DNA of 64,000 nucleotides from Octopus sinensis. Taxonomy: Eukaryota. A model generated the notes under the pieces. That model was given only the letters and a program-made list of their open reading frames with translations. It did not search any database and was not told the DNA's origin. A program made the translations under genes and the position numbers. Every line of letters starts with the position of its first letter. The first letter of the stretch is position 1. Positions 1-12,759 of this stretch are shown piece after piece. The stretch spans positions 65,658,001 through 65,722,000 of the forward strand of contig NC_043004.1 of the NCBI RefSeq assembly GCF_006345805.1, given 5' to 3'.

Positions 1-1387
1 TGCAATGTTTATAGACTATTTGTAAAAGGTTGCTTTAATATATTTCTTTTCTATTTTAGTGAAAGTGTCTTGGGAGAAGTTTATACAGCTTTCAACGACT
101 AATCACCAATTGTTTTACATTTTAATCAGTTACACGTTCTACATCATTCACCAAACTTTGATTAGTAATTTAGATTAACCTCATTACTACTGCAAATATT
201 TATTCGTCCTCTTCTTCTGTGTTGAGTAGTTTTTCTTCTTGTCTGTAAATGAAACCAGACATTCCCACGTATGCGTGTGTAAAATTTGGAGTCGTAACGT
301 TTGGTGTATGTATGCATTATGTACAGTCATTCATACACCTTTGTTAGGCAGACGCTAACGTATTTTTCCAGAGTCAGCCATCGACGCCAATCTATATATG
401 TTTCTTGTGTTATAAAGATGAAACAAAACTCTGTTCAATTAGATATCTCAGTCAAAAGAAAAATAACAGGTTTAGTAACATGCTGACGAATATATTTTGC
501 GATTGTCGTGCTGCTGCCGTTGCATCAGCTATAAAAACCAATAATAAAAACCAAAAAAAAAACCCCACACACAACGATGGTAGTTACAACTGCAGCAATA
601 CCAGGACAAATACATTTACTAGCAGAAGGTTCATTGCTAACCATGGAAGAAAGGTGTTTAATCGATTGAATTGAGTGAAGTCAATTATTATGACATGCAA
701 TGCCGTTATTGATCCAGTTGCGTTGATATGAAAGGAAAGAATATTAGACGAGATTGCTTTTGAACTCGAGACAAGAATATACAGAAGGGACCATATGAAT
801 CATAGTCACATAGTTAACGTTGTATGATAGGAGCCAATAAAGGAGCATCTATGTAGCCATTAGACCTGCTAGAAATAGCAACAAAATCAACCTCATATCA
901 CAAACCTACGTCTTCAGTTTAGATATATTAGATAATATTAGTATATCTAACATATCCATACGTATCTATTAATAAGAGATATGGTCACAACTGGAACAGC
1001 ATTTTCCCAGATCTGCTGGGTGAGGTTTGGACAATCATCACCACCAACAACACCACCCCTACCATCATTACCATCACCATAGCTACCAACGATGTCACTA
1101 CCACCATCACCAACACAACAACATAAGTGACAACAGCAACAGCATCAACGAGCCAATGACGAACCTTCAACCTTGTTGCGAGATCTTGTAATTAGAAACC
1201 AGTCTCTCTTGAATCATACACCCCACTGGAATGATTAAAATATAGATTAAGTAACGTAGCTCTTGATTAACAAAGACCAAATCTGAATATGAGATGGGAT
1301 GGCGAGAGCGGGATTGAATTTAATCATCTGCTTGCCCACGATTGACCTAGGGTTGAAGACCTGAAACGTCAACAAAAATTATATTCA

Positions 1388-1788
1388 GGCGTAGTAGTGG
1401 CTGTGTTGTTAGTAGCTTGCTTACCAACCACATGATTCCGGGTTCAGTCCCACTGCATGGTAACATGGACAAGTGTCTTCTACTATAGCCTCGGGCCGAC
1501 CAAGGCCTTTTGAGAGAAATTGGTAGACGGAAACTGAAAGAAGCCCGTCTTATATATATATATGTGTGTGTGTGATTGTGTGATTGTGTGTCTGTTTGTC
1601 CCCCCAACATCGCTTGACAACCGATACTGGTGTGTTTACGTCCCCAAAACCTAGCGGCTCGGTAAAAGAAAAACGATAGAAAAGCACTAGGCTTACAAAG
1701 AATAAGTCATGGTGTCAATTTGCTCGACTAAAGGCGGTACACCAGCATGGCCACAGTCAAATGACTGAAACAAGTAAAAGAGCAAAAA
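1388..1788 (+). mobile_element. tRNA-derived SINE, family A (tRNA-like head, CORE-like segment, internal microsatellite, 3' module)
   Basis: Head ggcg(c)agg(a)gtggctgtgtggtaagtagcttgcttaccaaccacatg..gggttcagtccc, then ccttgggcaagtgtcttc, and tail aaatgactgaaacaagtaaaagag. The same sequence recurs more than 10 times in the window. Confidence 0.9.
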
Positions 1789-2544
1789 ATGTAACTACCA
1801 CGAACATCAGCGCCACCACTGTCAATAAAATCAAGATCAACATGAAGGGTCTAATGAAAGAATTTTTTATGTACTTATGCGGCCAGATATCGCAAGCAAA
1901 TTTTCCTTAAATCAGAGCAAAGCGTGTCGGGAAAAGATATCCTCGTGACAATGGCGAAAGTACTACCATTGTGAATATGCTTGCAACTCATATACCAACA
2001 ACTTCAACTACAACCACTGCAATACCAGGTCAAATATATTTATTATGAGATGGTTCGATGCTAACTATGGAAGCAAGGTATTTAATCGATTGAACGAACT
2101 TCAGTCAATTATTACGACCTGCGCTATCCTTATTGATCCAACAGTATTGGTATGAAAAGAAGGAATATGAGATACCAGATTGCTTTGAAGTTGAAGCAAG
2201 AATATATCAAATAGATCATGTATGAAGTATCTCGCCACACTATCAGCGAGAAAACGGGGGAGCTTCTACGTGGCTGCTAGAGACAGCAGCTAAATCTCCC
2301 ACGAATCCTGCACCAGAGTCTTGAATAAAGGAGGAATCCTTTTGGTAAAGTAATCGCAATGTATCCACTTAAAGGCGTAACGGATGCACACAGAATATTT
2401 TGTCGTAGGCTGGCTTGATTAAAGAAGATTTGGAGCTAAATAATAACAACATCAATAACTATGTTGTTCTATCTCTATTATATTATGAGTTCCAAAGCCA
2501 TTACAACAATAATATGTAAACCAGTACTATTATTATGTCTATCG

Positions 2545-3159
2545 AAAGGTGGTGAGCTGGCAGAAAGGTTAGCACGCCGGGCGAAATGCTAAGCGGTATT
2601 TCGTCTGCCGTTACGTTCTGAGTTCCAATTCCGCCGAGGTCGACTTTGCCTTTCATCCTTTCGGGGTCGATAAATTAAGTACCAGTTATGCACTGGAGTC
2701 GATATAATCGACCTAATCCCTTTGTCAGTCCTTGTTTGTCCTTTCTGAGTTTAGCCCCTTGTGGGTAGTAAAGAAATAAGTATTTCGCCTGCCGTTACGT
2801 TCTGAGTTCAAATTCCGCCGAGGTCGACTTTGCCTTTCATCCTTTCGGGATCAATAAATAAAGTAGCAATTATGCACTGGGGTCGATGTAATCGACTTAA
2901 TCCGTTTGTCTGTTCTTTGTCCCCTCTATGTTTAGCCCCTTGTGGGCAATAAAGAAATAAGAAACGTTAGCAGATCTGGCGAAATACTTAGCGGTATTTC
3001 GTCTATCTTTATGTTCTGAGTGCAAATTCCGCCGAGGTCGACTTTGCCTTTCATCATTTCGAGATCGATAAATTATGTACCAGTTACGTACTAGAGTCAA
3101 TCTAATCGACTTTCCCCCTCCCTAAAAATTTCGGACTTTGTGCCTAGAGTAGAAAAGAC
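2545..3159 (+). mobile_element. tRNA-derived SINE family B, trimer with 14-bp TSD
   Basis: Three tandem copies of gttctgagttcaaattccgccgaggtcgactttgcctttcatcctttcggggtcgataaattaagtacc, flanked by tattatgtctatcg at 2531-2544 and 3160-3173. Confidence 0.9.
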
Positions 3160-3231
3160 TATTATGTCTATCGTAGTGTCGCAGCTGTTTGAGGACATGG
3201 ATTGAATATTTGACATTCCCAGATACAACAG

Positions 3232-3294
<63 letters not shown>

Positions 3295-3590
3295 GTATAT
3301 ATATACTGTTGTGTCTGGGAAAGTCATTTTTTTTTAAGCCTTACAATGTAACACACTCATCGTTAAAATTTCCACTTATTTCTTTTTTTTATTTTCTCAA
3401 AATTTTCGTTGCGTCATGCAAACTTTTCAATAGTCTTGACTCTATAAGGCACAAAAAGAAAATGACTCTCTTCAGACACAACAGAATATGCTTCAACACA
3501 CGAACTCATATAAAGAATCTTGCAAACCAAATCCAAAAACGAAATATATATATATATATGTACATACATATATATGAAAGTTTGAATTTA

Positions 3591-3643
3591 GTTCACGGAC
3601 TCCCAGTACTACCTTTGGTAGTACCCCAGGTTGGGATCCACTG
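3591..3643 (-). mobile_element. hAT/Charlie-like transposon terminus (fragment)
   Basis: Minus strand reads cagtggatcccaacctgggg...gggagtccgtgaac, resembling hAT-Charlie termini (CAGTGGTTCTCAAC-type). No partner end found. Confidence 0.4.
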
Positions 3644-4863
3644 CTCTAACCTAAGAATTGGTTGGGTAGCCGATGCTGGTGAGGGTTTTGTGAGGTCGGC
3701 GTGCAAATCCTTCTTGAACGTCTTTTAGTCACCTTTTATGAGAGGCAGAGGAAACATTCAGTCTATTCTCTGCCATGACGATCCCTACAGCCACCATGCT
3801 GCATAATAACTCTGTGTACACAATTGAAACAGTAAGGGATTATAATGTGCTGATGAAGTGAAATAACCCAGAAACCATTGGTACACAGATATTGCTTTGA
3901 GCTGAATGGGGACACTAATTCCTTTGTTCAAAGATATAAGGACAAAGTTAGTGGTCCTCTTGCCTGCTGGAGACGATGTTTTTCTGAGACTAAATAGCAG
4001 TAACATCCATCGCAATTAAAACTGCCACTACCACTACGTTGGCAAATAAGCTTTACTCAAAAATAAATAGCAATATATTTAGCATACTTAACGTAGATAC
4101 ACCGCTGAGAATCAAGGTAGTGCAGTTTCCCTCCGAAAATGAATCCGTTATGGGTGTGTTGTGTTAAAAATACAAAAACTAATTATCGTAATGAACCGAA
4201 TAACCACCTCGTTAGAGGATTTTTAAAGACGGTAGATGTGCATGATTGTAGGAAGATGTTGAGCGAATCTGCTTTTGATTTCAAATTCGGTTATTCAGAC
4301 GTGTGGAGGTTGCATCGTTGCCGCGTGGACCACCCTCGGGTAACAAGGGTATCTCTCGTGAACGAAAGTTTTGTAGCGATCTACCATCTGGTGGGTGGTA
4401 ACACATCCTATCTGTTTCAGATGAACCAGCGTCGAATCATACAACGTTTAACAAGAGGAGACAGAGCAAATAGCGCATCAGTGATTCAATGATATTAGAC
4501 ATGAGGATTTGCCTGATAATTTATCGATCCCACTCCCACTTCCACACGCATGAAAGGCTAGCAACAAACAGATTAAATAGAATGAGCGGATTAGATTGCT
4601 TGAAACATAAATAGAGTACTAATTAGTAGATTAAACGGAATTATTTATTAATCGGAAATATAAAAAGAAGATTATCGATTTTCATATAATATACATTAAG
4701 AGAGATTTGAATCTTACATATATATAAATACATACACACACGCACACACAAATACATACACAGACACATATATACATATATATATATACACACGCACGCA
4801 CACACACACACACATATATATATACATATTTACATAAGTAGATATATGTTTATAAATAATGTA

Positions 4864-4910
<47 letters not shown>

Positions 4911-5626
4911 GTGTCTATCTATCTGTCTATCTATCTTAATCTCTCCCTCTCTTTGTACAGATATAGTATGTGTTTGTATGTGTGTGTGTGTTTGTGTATG
5001 TATATGTGTTTGTGTGTGTGTGTGTTGTGTGTGTGTGTGTGTGTGTGTGCGTGTGTGTGCGCACGTTGATGTGTTTATACAGGTTTCTGAGGATGGCTGT
5101 TTATATAAATATATAAATACAAATATACACGATATACACGTACGCACACACGCATGCACATATGCACACACACGAGCGGTGTAAACAAGGAGAACTAAAG
5201 AGAATACTAAATACTGAAATTAGAGACATTTATATTAAAATATTGGAATATGCGATACTTGTCAAACTTTTACTCTGCGTGCCACCCTTCTGATCTTTAC
5301 ACGATATTAATGAATTGAAGGCGTAAAACAAAAGCCCATGCGAAAATAAAAGTGTATGCATGTGTGTATGAGAGTGTGTGTGTATGAGTGTGAATGTATG
5401 TGTTTGCCTTTCTGTGTGTGAATGTGTGTGAGTTTGTGTGTGTGTATGAGTGCGTGTTTGTGTTTGTGCGTGTATCTTTGTTGCGCAGTGTGATATGGAA
5501 CTTCTAATCTTTTTTAAAAGATGGAACACTTCAATTGTCAAAGGTCAGACATGCTATTTACCGCATGAGCAGATTGAACCTCTTATGTTCAGAGATCTTT
5601 GTCGTTCACATATTACACACACACTT

Positions 5627-5670
<44 letters not shown>

Positions 5671-5848
5671 CTCACCTCGCCCTAATTACCCGACGTAACT
5701 AACCAATCTACCATAAGCAGACTTACACCCACCGAATTTACCAGTGCAAAATTAAAAATTTAATGTAAGAATTACCACTTTGTTTACATTACCATCACAT
5801 ATGTATAAGGTATTTTCGCATCCTAACCGATGCATCTATCTATATTCT

Positions 5849-5897
5849 CATTCTGAAGAGATTTACTTGAACCTGTAAATTGAAACGATCGTAAATG
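5849..5897 (+). ncRNA. minimal type I hammerhead ribozyme
   Basis: catt-CTGAAGA-gatttac(ttgaacct)gtaaatt-GAAA-c(gatc)g-TA-aatg. Core is intact; stem I 4 bp, stem II 7 bp, palindromic stem III loop. Confidence 0.8.
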
Positions 5898-6024
5898 CTA
5901 CCCTCAACTCTGCTTCTTCCTTCTTTGTTACCTATTTAATTAAAGACATACCAGCGTAAACCACAAGTTTTCCCATTGTCATTTTATCCATTTTCCTCTG
6001 ATATATATATATATATATATATAT

Positions 6025-6510
6025 ACAACTTATAAATAAGGGCAAACGAAACAATTTCTAAAGCCAAATATGCCGAAATTGGACATATTGTCCATAACCA
6101 TATAATTTATCACAATACGCACGCTACTCGAAAAAATGTCGACAGAAATTTCTAAAAAATTCCATTATTACCATATCGGACAGATTTAAGGGTTAGTTCG
6201 TGAGAACCCTCCTTCTTCAGTGATAAATGTGTCAAAGAATTAAATAAGATACTTACTCATACCCTGAAATCGGTCCGATATGGTAATAATGGACATTTTT
6301 AGAAATTTCTGTCGGCTTTTTTTCGAGTAGCGTGCGTATTGTGAAAAATTATATGGTTATGGACAATATGTCCAATTTCGGCATATTTGGCTTTAGAAAT
6401 TGTTTCGTTTGCCCTTATTTATAAGTTGTTTATAATTTTAACCTTTAAAGGTATTTTTTAATATACTGGCCATTGATAAAATTTTTTTTCGAAAAAGTTT
6501 TATCCTACAT

Positions 6511-6512
<2 letters not shown>
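6025..6512 (+). mobile_element. foldback/MITE-like element with 169-bp inverted arms and unique 3' tail
   Basis: Arms 6025-6193 and 6261-6429 are reverse complements. An ~80-bp tail follows. (TA)n lies on both sides. An internally deleted copy with the same two ends is at 39700-39921 (-). Confidence 0.8.
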
Positions 6513-6565
<53 letters not shown>

Positions 6566-7224
6566 CATGTATTATATACATACATGTTTACATACATATG
6601 CATACACATATGTCTGTAAAAGTACATTCTTACATAAATTACATACATACACGCATAATTACATACATATAAACATGTATTCTTATCATATTCATACCAA
6701 TAATCAGGTGTGCGCTTGGTTTTGTGTGTAAATGTTTAAGTGACAATCTGGAAAAGCTAGGGTTTTCAGAAAGAGTAATAAACTAGTTCACTTGCTCTGT
6801 ACAAATACAATCTATAAACGGAACTGTGAAGTTATGCAAGGTTTCCCTCAGGTTCAAAAAGTGGCGTTACGTTGTTACCTACAAATTAACGGTGAAGATT
6901 TGTACCTTTTTAGAAACCTGTTACATTTTTACAGGAAGAGTTCAAATTATTAAATGGAGAAAAGAAAATACATACATTCATTCAAACATACCTACATAAT
7001 TACTTACCATCATACATACCTTTTAATACAAAGATGATCAAGAATAAATAAGTAACTGTCTCAAAATTTCTTTACGATATTATCTAAAAATCCTGTACCT
7101 TGTCGTCGCAAACAATGCGCATTGTAACCTACAGAATAAATTATCCCCTGGATAAATACATAAGAATATGCGTTTTCTCAATGATTTCATACGAAAGAAG
7201 GCTTGAATACACTGTAGCGTAAGG

Positions 7225-7510
7225 CAGTGCTACACAAAGTGGTGCCGGTCTGCGAGCCATCAGCTGCCGGTATGCAGCGAGTTTCCCGGAAAGAAAGAAA
7301 CATTATAAAATGCTTATAAAATGCGTATGTAATATTGTATTATTTGTTTATAAAATAAATATAAAATTAAAAAATTGGTCAACTTTTGTTATATTCATTA
7401 AATATACTGTTTCCAGTATAAATTAATATCACTAAAAAATATTACCGGTCCCTGGTACATTGGAAAATTAAATTGCTTGTACGCCACATCAGATAGTTTG
7501 AGAAGCACTG
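7225..7510 (+). mobile_element. hAT (Charlie-like) non-autonomous element
   Basis: TIRs cagtgctacacaaa / tttgagaagcactg; 8-bp TSD gcgtaagg / gtgtaagg (1 mismatch). Confidence 0.8.
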
Positions 7511-8449
7511 GTGTAAGGGACTATAGAGAAAGAAAACATGAGGCTTACAAATTCAAAGGATATCGAGAGACAGAAATGTTAAAAAAACTGAATACTGTAG
7601 GCCAGAGGAAAGCAAGGCATTGGAGGTGAGATTCGGGGAGAAGGAGTTCGAAGAAAGAAGGTTTCAGAATTAAAGGTCTTAAGGTGAAGAAGATGCCGAA
7701 CATAGAAACGATGCGCTTGAGAAGACAAGCAGATGATGCGTTTAAATGTCGTGACAAATACGACAAGACAAGAACAATCATCAGACCCATGATCATAGAA
7801 ATTCTTATAGAATTGACACAACGGGGATACATTTCAACAATGCACCAAAGATCCCTACCTTGTAGAAAGAAGAAGAGGGCCCACCAGGTTAACAACCATA
7901 TCCAGAATTCGATCAAGCAACTTCAGACATTAAAAGGAGACTCCAGCCTAAAGACGACATCAATATTCATTAATATTTATTGATTAAGAGTGCATATTTA
8001 CAAATATGTAAAACATGTTTGTAAAAGAATCTTGTCAAGAAATCATTTAAATACAAGCTGGTAGCAGTTGTTAAGAAAATAACGATTGAGGAAAAGAAAA
8101 CACCATTGTCGAATTAATGACATATTTGTAACTACACGACCCGGATTCTAGGATTAGGTTTATAAATATGATTATTATATATCCAGTTAATAGTTTTGAC
8201 ACCAAGCTTCAGACGTTAGGCGTGAAAACGTTAGAAATGGCAAGTCTAACTGGGAAATTACTGCTAGAATACACGGAAGACAATACGGCAATGTGTTAAA
8301 AAAGTTTTAAAACTACGTAGCGGATATAGGATATATAAATATGCAGAGGCAACACACATGCTTGTATATATAAATATATATAAGACAAATCACACTGATC
8401 CACAAATACGATCACACCTATGCCTCATCTCAGGGAATTCAACTACTTA

Positions 8450-8550
<101 letters not shown>

Positions 8551-8558
8551 TTGTTTGC

Positions 8559-8923
8559 ACTCCGTCGGTTGCGAAGACAAGAGTTCCAACTGATCCGATC
8601 GACGGAACATCCTGCTCGTGAAATTAACGTGCAAGTGGCTGAGCACTCCACAGACACGTATACCCTTAAAGTAGTTCTCGGGGAGATTCAGCGTGATACA
8701 GAATGTGACATGGTTGTCCCTTTGAAATACAGGCACAGCAGAAACAGGAACGAAGAATGAGAGAAAGTTATGGGGAAAAAGTACAGCAGGGTTCACCACC
8801 ATCCCCTGCCGGAACTTCGTGGAGATTTTAGGTGTTTTCACTCAATAAACACTCACAACGCTCGGTCTGGCAATCGAAACCGCGATCCTAAGTCTGCGAG
8901 TCCGCTGCCCTAACCACTGCGCC
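8559..8923 (-). mobile_element. tRNA-derived SINE, family C
   Basis: Minus strand begins ggcgcagtggttagggcagcggactcgcag...ggatcgcggtttcgattgcc (A-box/B-box-like). ORFs 8551..8760 and 8443..8841 are incidental to it. Confidence 0.7.
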
Positions 8924-8928
8924 TATAT

Positions 8929-8981
<53 letters not shown>

Positions 8982-8984
<3 letters not shown>

Positions 8985-9135
8985 CGCAGACATGACTGTG
9001 TAGTAAGAAGATTGCTTACCAACCACGTCCACTGTGTGACACCTTGGGCAAGTGTCTTCTACAATAGCTTCGGGCCGACCACAGCCTTCTGGGTGGACTT
9101 GTTTGATGGAAACTTAGAAAGCCCATCATATATGT
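8982..9135 (+). mobile_element. SINE family A, 5' half
   Basis: ggcgcag...gcttaccaaccac...ccttgggcaagtgtcttctac...gaaagcccatc. Confidence 0.85.
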
Positions 9136-9254
9136 ATGTATATAGATATGTGTGTGTGTTTATGGGTGAATATATATATACCGGAGAAAGCACAAAAGTG
9201 AAACAAAGTGGGAAAAATAATACTCAAATGCCAGAGGTAGAGTAATATTTTATC

Positions 9255-9300
9255 AAAGCTGTATGACGAACGGGAACGTGAAACTCCGAGTAACAGCTTT
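9255..9300 (+). ncRNA. minimal hammerhead ribozyme with C3A core substitution
   Basis: aaagctgt-ATGACGA-acg(ggaa)cgt-GAAA-ctc(c)gag-TA-acagcttt. Perfect 8-bp stem I; the core differs from CUGANGA at one base. Confidence 0.7.
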
Positions 9301-9361
9301 TGTTATATACCTGGTGCTTTTAAATATAGTATGTATATATATATATATATATAATATATAT

Positions 9362-11033
9362 AAAGTCAACAGCTTCGTAATAGCACTATAATAAGCAAAT
9401 TGTTATAACATTTACGGACAAAAAGCAGGCCAAACTGATCGATAATTGGAGGTAAATCTATTGCACGGAAGTATAAGGCTACACTACAGGCAACCTATAA
9501 GTTAACTGATATGCTGCAATGTATAGACTATACAGCATTGTCACATCAATAGGCTATCTAGAGGCTAATGTAAAATACTGCCCAGTTATCATTTAAATTG
9601 TATGGGCCTTGTTAATAAAACTAAAATAATAAAACTAAAAATATGAAAATCACATAGTCTAGGTTATATACTACGCGATGAAAATTATTGTTAAAGCTCT
9701 TCGCTAAAATATATTATGCATGCATTTGTGCTCACAGCCATGTTCTGCAAATATATCATACATATTTAACTTATGTATATGTGTGTATGTAAATATGCCT
9801 GCACGTGTTTATGGGAGAATATATTTATTACATCTTAGATATGTATGGATATTTTAACTTCCATTTACGCTGTATTCTCTATCATTATTCGTCGATTTTT
9901 TTTTTATTTTATGACTAATCTATCAGAACTGCTGTGTTCTCTACAAATGCTTTTCCTAACTAGTTTTGTTCCATATATTGCAACATAGTAATACAGTGCA
10001 ATTGCTCCTTCTAAGTGCAAAACAAACCGACAAGAAAGCGACAAAATTTATTGCAAATAGAAATGTTTGAGTCATGAAGTTTACAACTTATAGCTTGGCA
10101 ATTATATTTGTAAATCATATTGGTCATTAGTCGCTTTTTACGTGTGCACACAAGAGAGACCAGTGATTAGTTATTAGTGGGGAAGTTTTAGTTTTGGCTT
10201 TTATCATATTATTAGTGAAAAAAATGACTTTCTCTTTTATGTGTTTTTGATAATAGTCCATCTGTTGTATACTTAATATGTATTTGATTCTTTTGTTTCA
10301 TTGATTCAATATGCTGTATATGGTTTTTGCTGTCATTAATAGGTGTAGAACCTGATGTATTTATTACGTTGTATATGCACCTATATTGGTCTATAGCTTC
10401 GTCTCTTCGTTATTATTTTTTGAATACCAGTTGTTCGTTAGCGTTTGTTGCATTCAGTAGATTTAAACAGTACTTCGTTTGTAGAGGAAAAACTAAATGC
10501 TCTTAATAATAGAGATTTAATCACTAACACTTTCTAACTATTTAAACAATGTCTTTCTTCGTAGAAATACAGGAATTCGTTAATGTATTTAATGAAGAAA
10601 GTATGATGCAGCTGCTTTATGTTATCCAAAAGTATATGTCTCAATATGGAGTTACTCTGTCTCTATTTAATTCGTGTACAAAGTTGTCTTGTTTCTTGGG
10701 CTTCCGCTAATCTGTCACAACATATACTGTGTCTGTTATGGCGACTGAATCGTTTAAGTTTCCTGTTTATGTCGCATATTAGTGTCTCGGCCGCAATTTC
10801 TTTCCTATACCACTGCTAGAATCAATAATATTTCGATCAGTCCTAACTTAATACAAAGTGATAGCAACAGGAGTTAAAAATCCGTTTATTGAAAAAATGT
10901 GAATGCTAATATTTAGAAAAAGTGTTGGTAGACGTAGAAAGTTTTCTCTTCCAATTAAACGGCTCTTAGCATGGATGCAGTCCAATAACCGAAACAAATA
11001 AAATAGTAAGGAAGTACAGCCATCATGAGATGC

Positions 11034-11090
<57 letters not shown>

Positions 11091-12759
11091 AAGTCAACAG
11101 CTTCGTAATAGCACTATAATAAGCAAATTGTTATAACATTTACGGACAAAAAGCAGGCCAAACTGATCGATAATTGGAGGTAAATCTATTGCACGGAAGT
11201 ATAAGGCTACACTACAGGCAACCTATAAGTTAACTGATATGCTGCAATGTATAGACTATACAGCATTGTCACATCAATAGGCTATCTAGAGGCTAATGTA
11301 AAATACTGCCCAGTTATCATTTAAATTGTATGGGCCTTGTTAATAAAACTAAAATAATAAAACTAAAAATATGAAAATCACATAGTCTAGGTTATATACT
11401 ACGCGATGAAAATTATTGTTAAAGCTCTTCGCTAAAATATATTATGCATGCATTTGTGCTCACAGCCATGTTCTGCAAATATATCATACATATTTAACTT
11501 ATGTATATGTGTGTATGTAAATATGCCTGCACGTGTTTATGGGAGAATATATTTATTACATCTTAGATATGTATGGATATTTTAACTTCCATTTACGCTG
11601 TATTCTCTATCATTATTCGTCGATTTTTTTTTTATTTTATGACTAATCTATCAGAACTGCTGTGTTCTCTACAAATGCTTTTCCTAACTAGTTTTGTTCC
11701 ATATATTGCAACATAGTAATACAGTGCAATTGCTCCTTCTAAGTGCAAAACAAACCGACAAGAAAGCGACAAAATTTATTGCAAATAGAAATGTTGAGTC
11801 ATGAAGTTTACAACTTATAGCTTGGCAATTATATTTGTAAATCATATTGGTCATTAGTCGCTTTTTACGTGTGCACACAAGAGAGACCAGTGATTAGTTA
11901 TTAGTGGGGAAGTTTTAGTTTTGGCTTTTATCATATTATTAGTGAAAAAAATGACTTTCTCTTTTATGTGTTTTTGATAATTAGTCCATCTGTTGTATAC
12001 TTAATATGTATTTGATTCTTTTGTTTCATTGATTCAATATGCTGTATATGGTTTTTGCTGTCATTAATAGGTGTAGAACCTGATGTATTTATTACGTTGT
12101 ATATGCACCTATATTGGTCTATAGCTTCGTCTCTTCGTTATTATTTTTTGAATACCAGTTGTTCGTTAGCGTTTGTTGCATTCAGTAGATTTAAACAGTA
12201 CTTCGTTTGTAGAGGAAAAACTAAATGCTCTAATAATAGAGATTTAATCACTAACACTTTCTAACTATTTAAACAATGTCTTTCTTCGTAGAAATACAGG
12301 AATTCGTTAATGTATTTAATGAAGAAAGTATGATGCAGCTGCTTTATGTTATCCAAAAGTATATGTCTCAATATGGAGTTACTCTGTCTCTATTTAATTC
12401 GTGTACAAAGTTGTCTTGTTTCTTGGGCTTCCGCTAATCTGTCACAACATATACTGTGTCTGTTATGGCGACTGAATCGTTTAAGTTTCCTGTTTATGTC
12501 GCATATTAGTGTCTCGGCCGCAATTTCTTTCCTATACCACTGCTAGAATCAATAATATTTCGATCAGTCCTAACTTAATACAAAGTGATAGCAACAGGAG
12601 TTAAAAATCCGTTTATTGAAAAAATGTGAATGCTAATATTTAGAAAAGTGTTGGTAGACGTAGAAAGTTTTCTCTTCCAATTAAACGGCTCTTAGCATGG
12701 ATGCAGTCCAATAACCGAAACAAATAAAATAGTAAGGAAGTACAGCCATCATGAGATGC
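9362..12759. repeat. tandem duplication of a ~1.67-kb unit
   Basis: Copies at 9362-11033 and 11090-12759 are separated and flanked by (TA)n. By eye I found four 1-bp indels and no substitutions. Duplicate ORFs 10619..10819 and 12346..12546 are identical. Confidence 0.95.

Noticed and set aside
500-660. Possible transmembrane exon on the minus strand (NEPSASKCICPGIAAVVTTIVVCG)
   Set aside because: The frame runs into a poly-T tract and stops, its paralogue at ~2000 has stops, and no partner exons were found.
985-1170. Hydrophobic 61-aa ORF resembling a membrane peptide
   Set aside because: It is the antisense reading of an (ACC/AAC)-rich trinucleotide tract.
1345-1375. ggttgaagacctgaaacgtcaac hammerhead-like motif
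   Set aside because: No stem II and the core lacks C3; at best a relic.
3650-3900. Possible RTE RT relic on the minus strand (MAENRL, KTFKKDLHADL)
   Set aside because: Too degenerate to call without a search.
4139-4492. 117-aa ORF in non-repetitive sequence
   Set aside because: No recognisable motif, and splice-site readings are not convincing.
6194-6225. Hammerhead-like CTGAAGAAGGAGGGTTCTCACGAAC on the minus strand in the foldback spacer
   Set aside because: GAAA is absent and there are no stems I or III.
7545-7983. Overlapping ORFs of 99-123 aa
   Set aside because: No recognisable domain; possibly TE debris.
9362-12759. CRISPR array or other prokaryotic system
   Set aside because: No repeat-spacer periodicity and no prokaryotic gene structure anywhere in the window.
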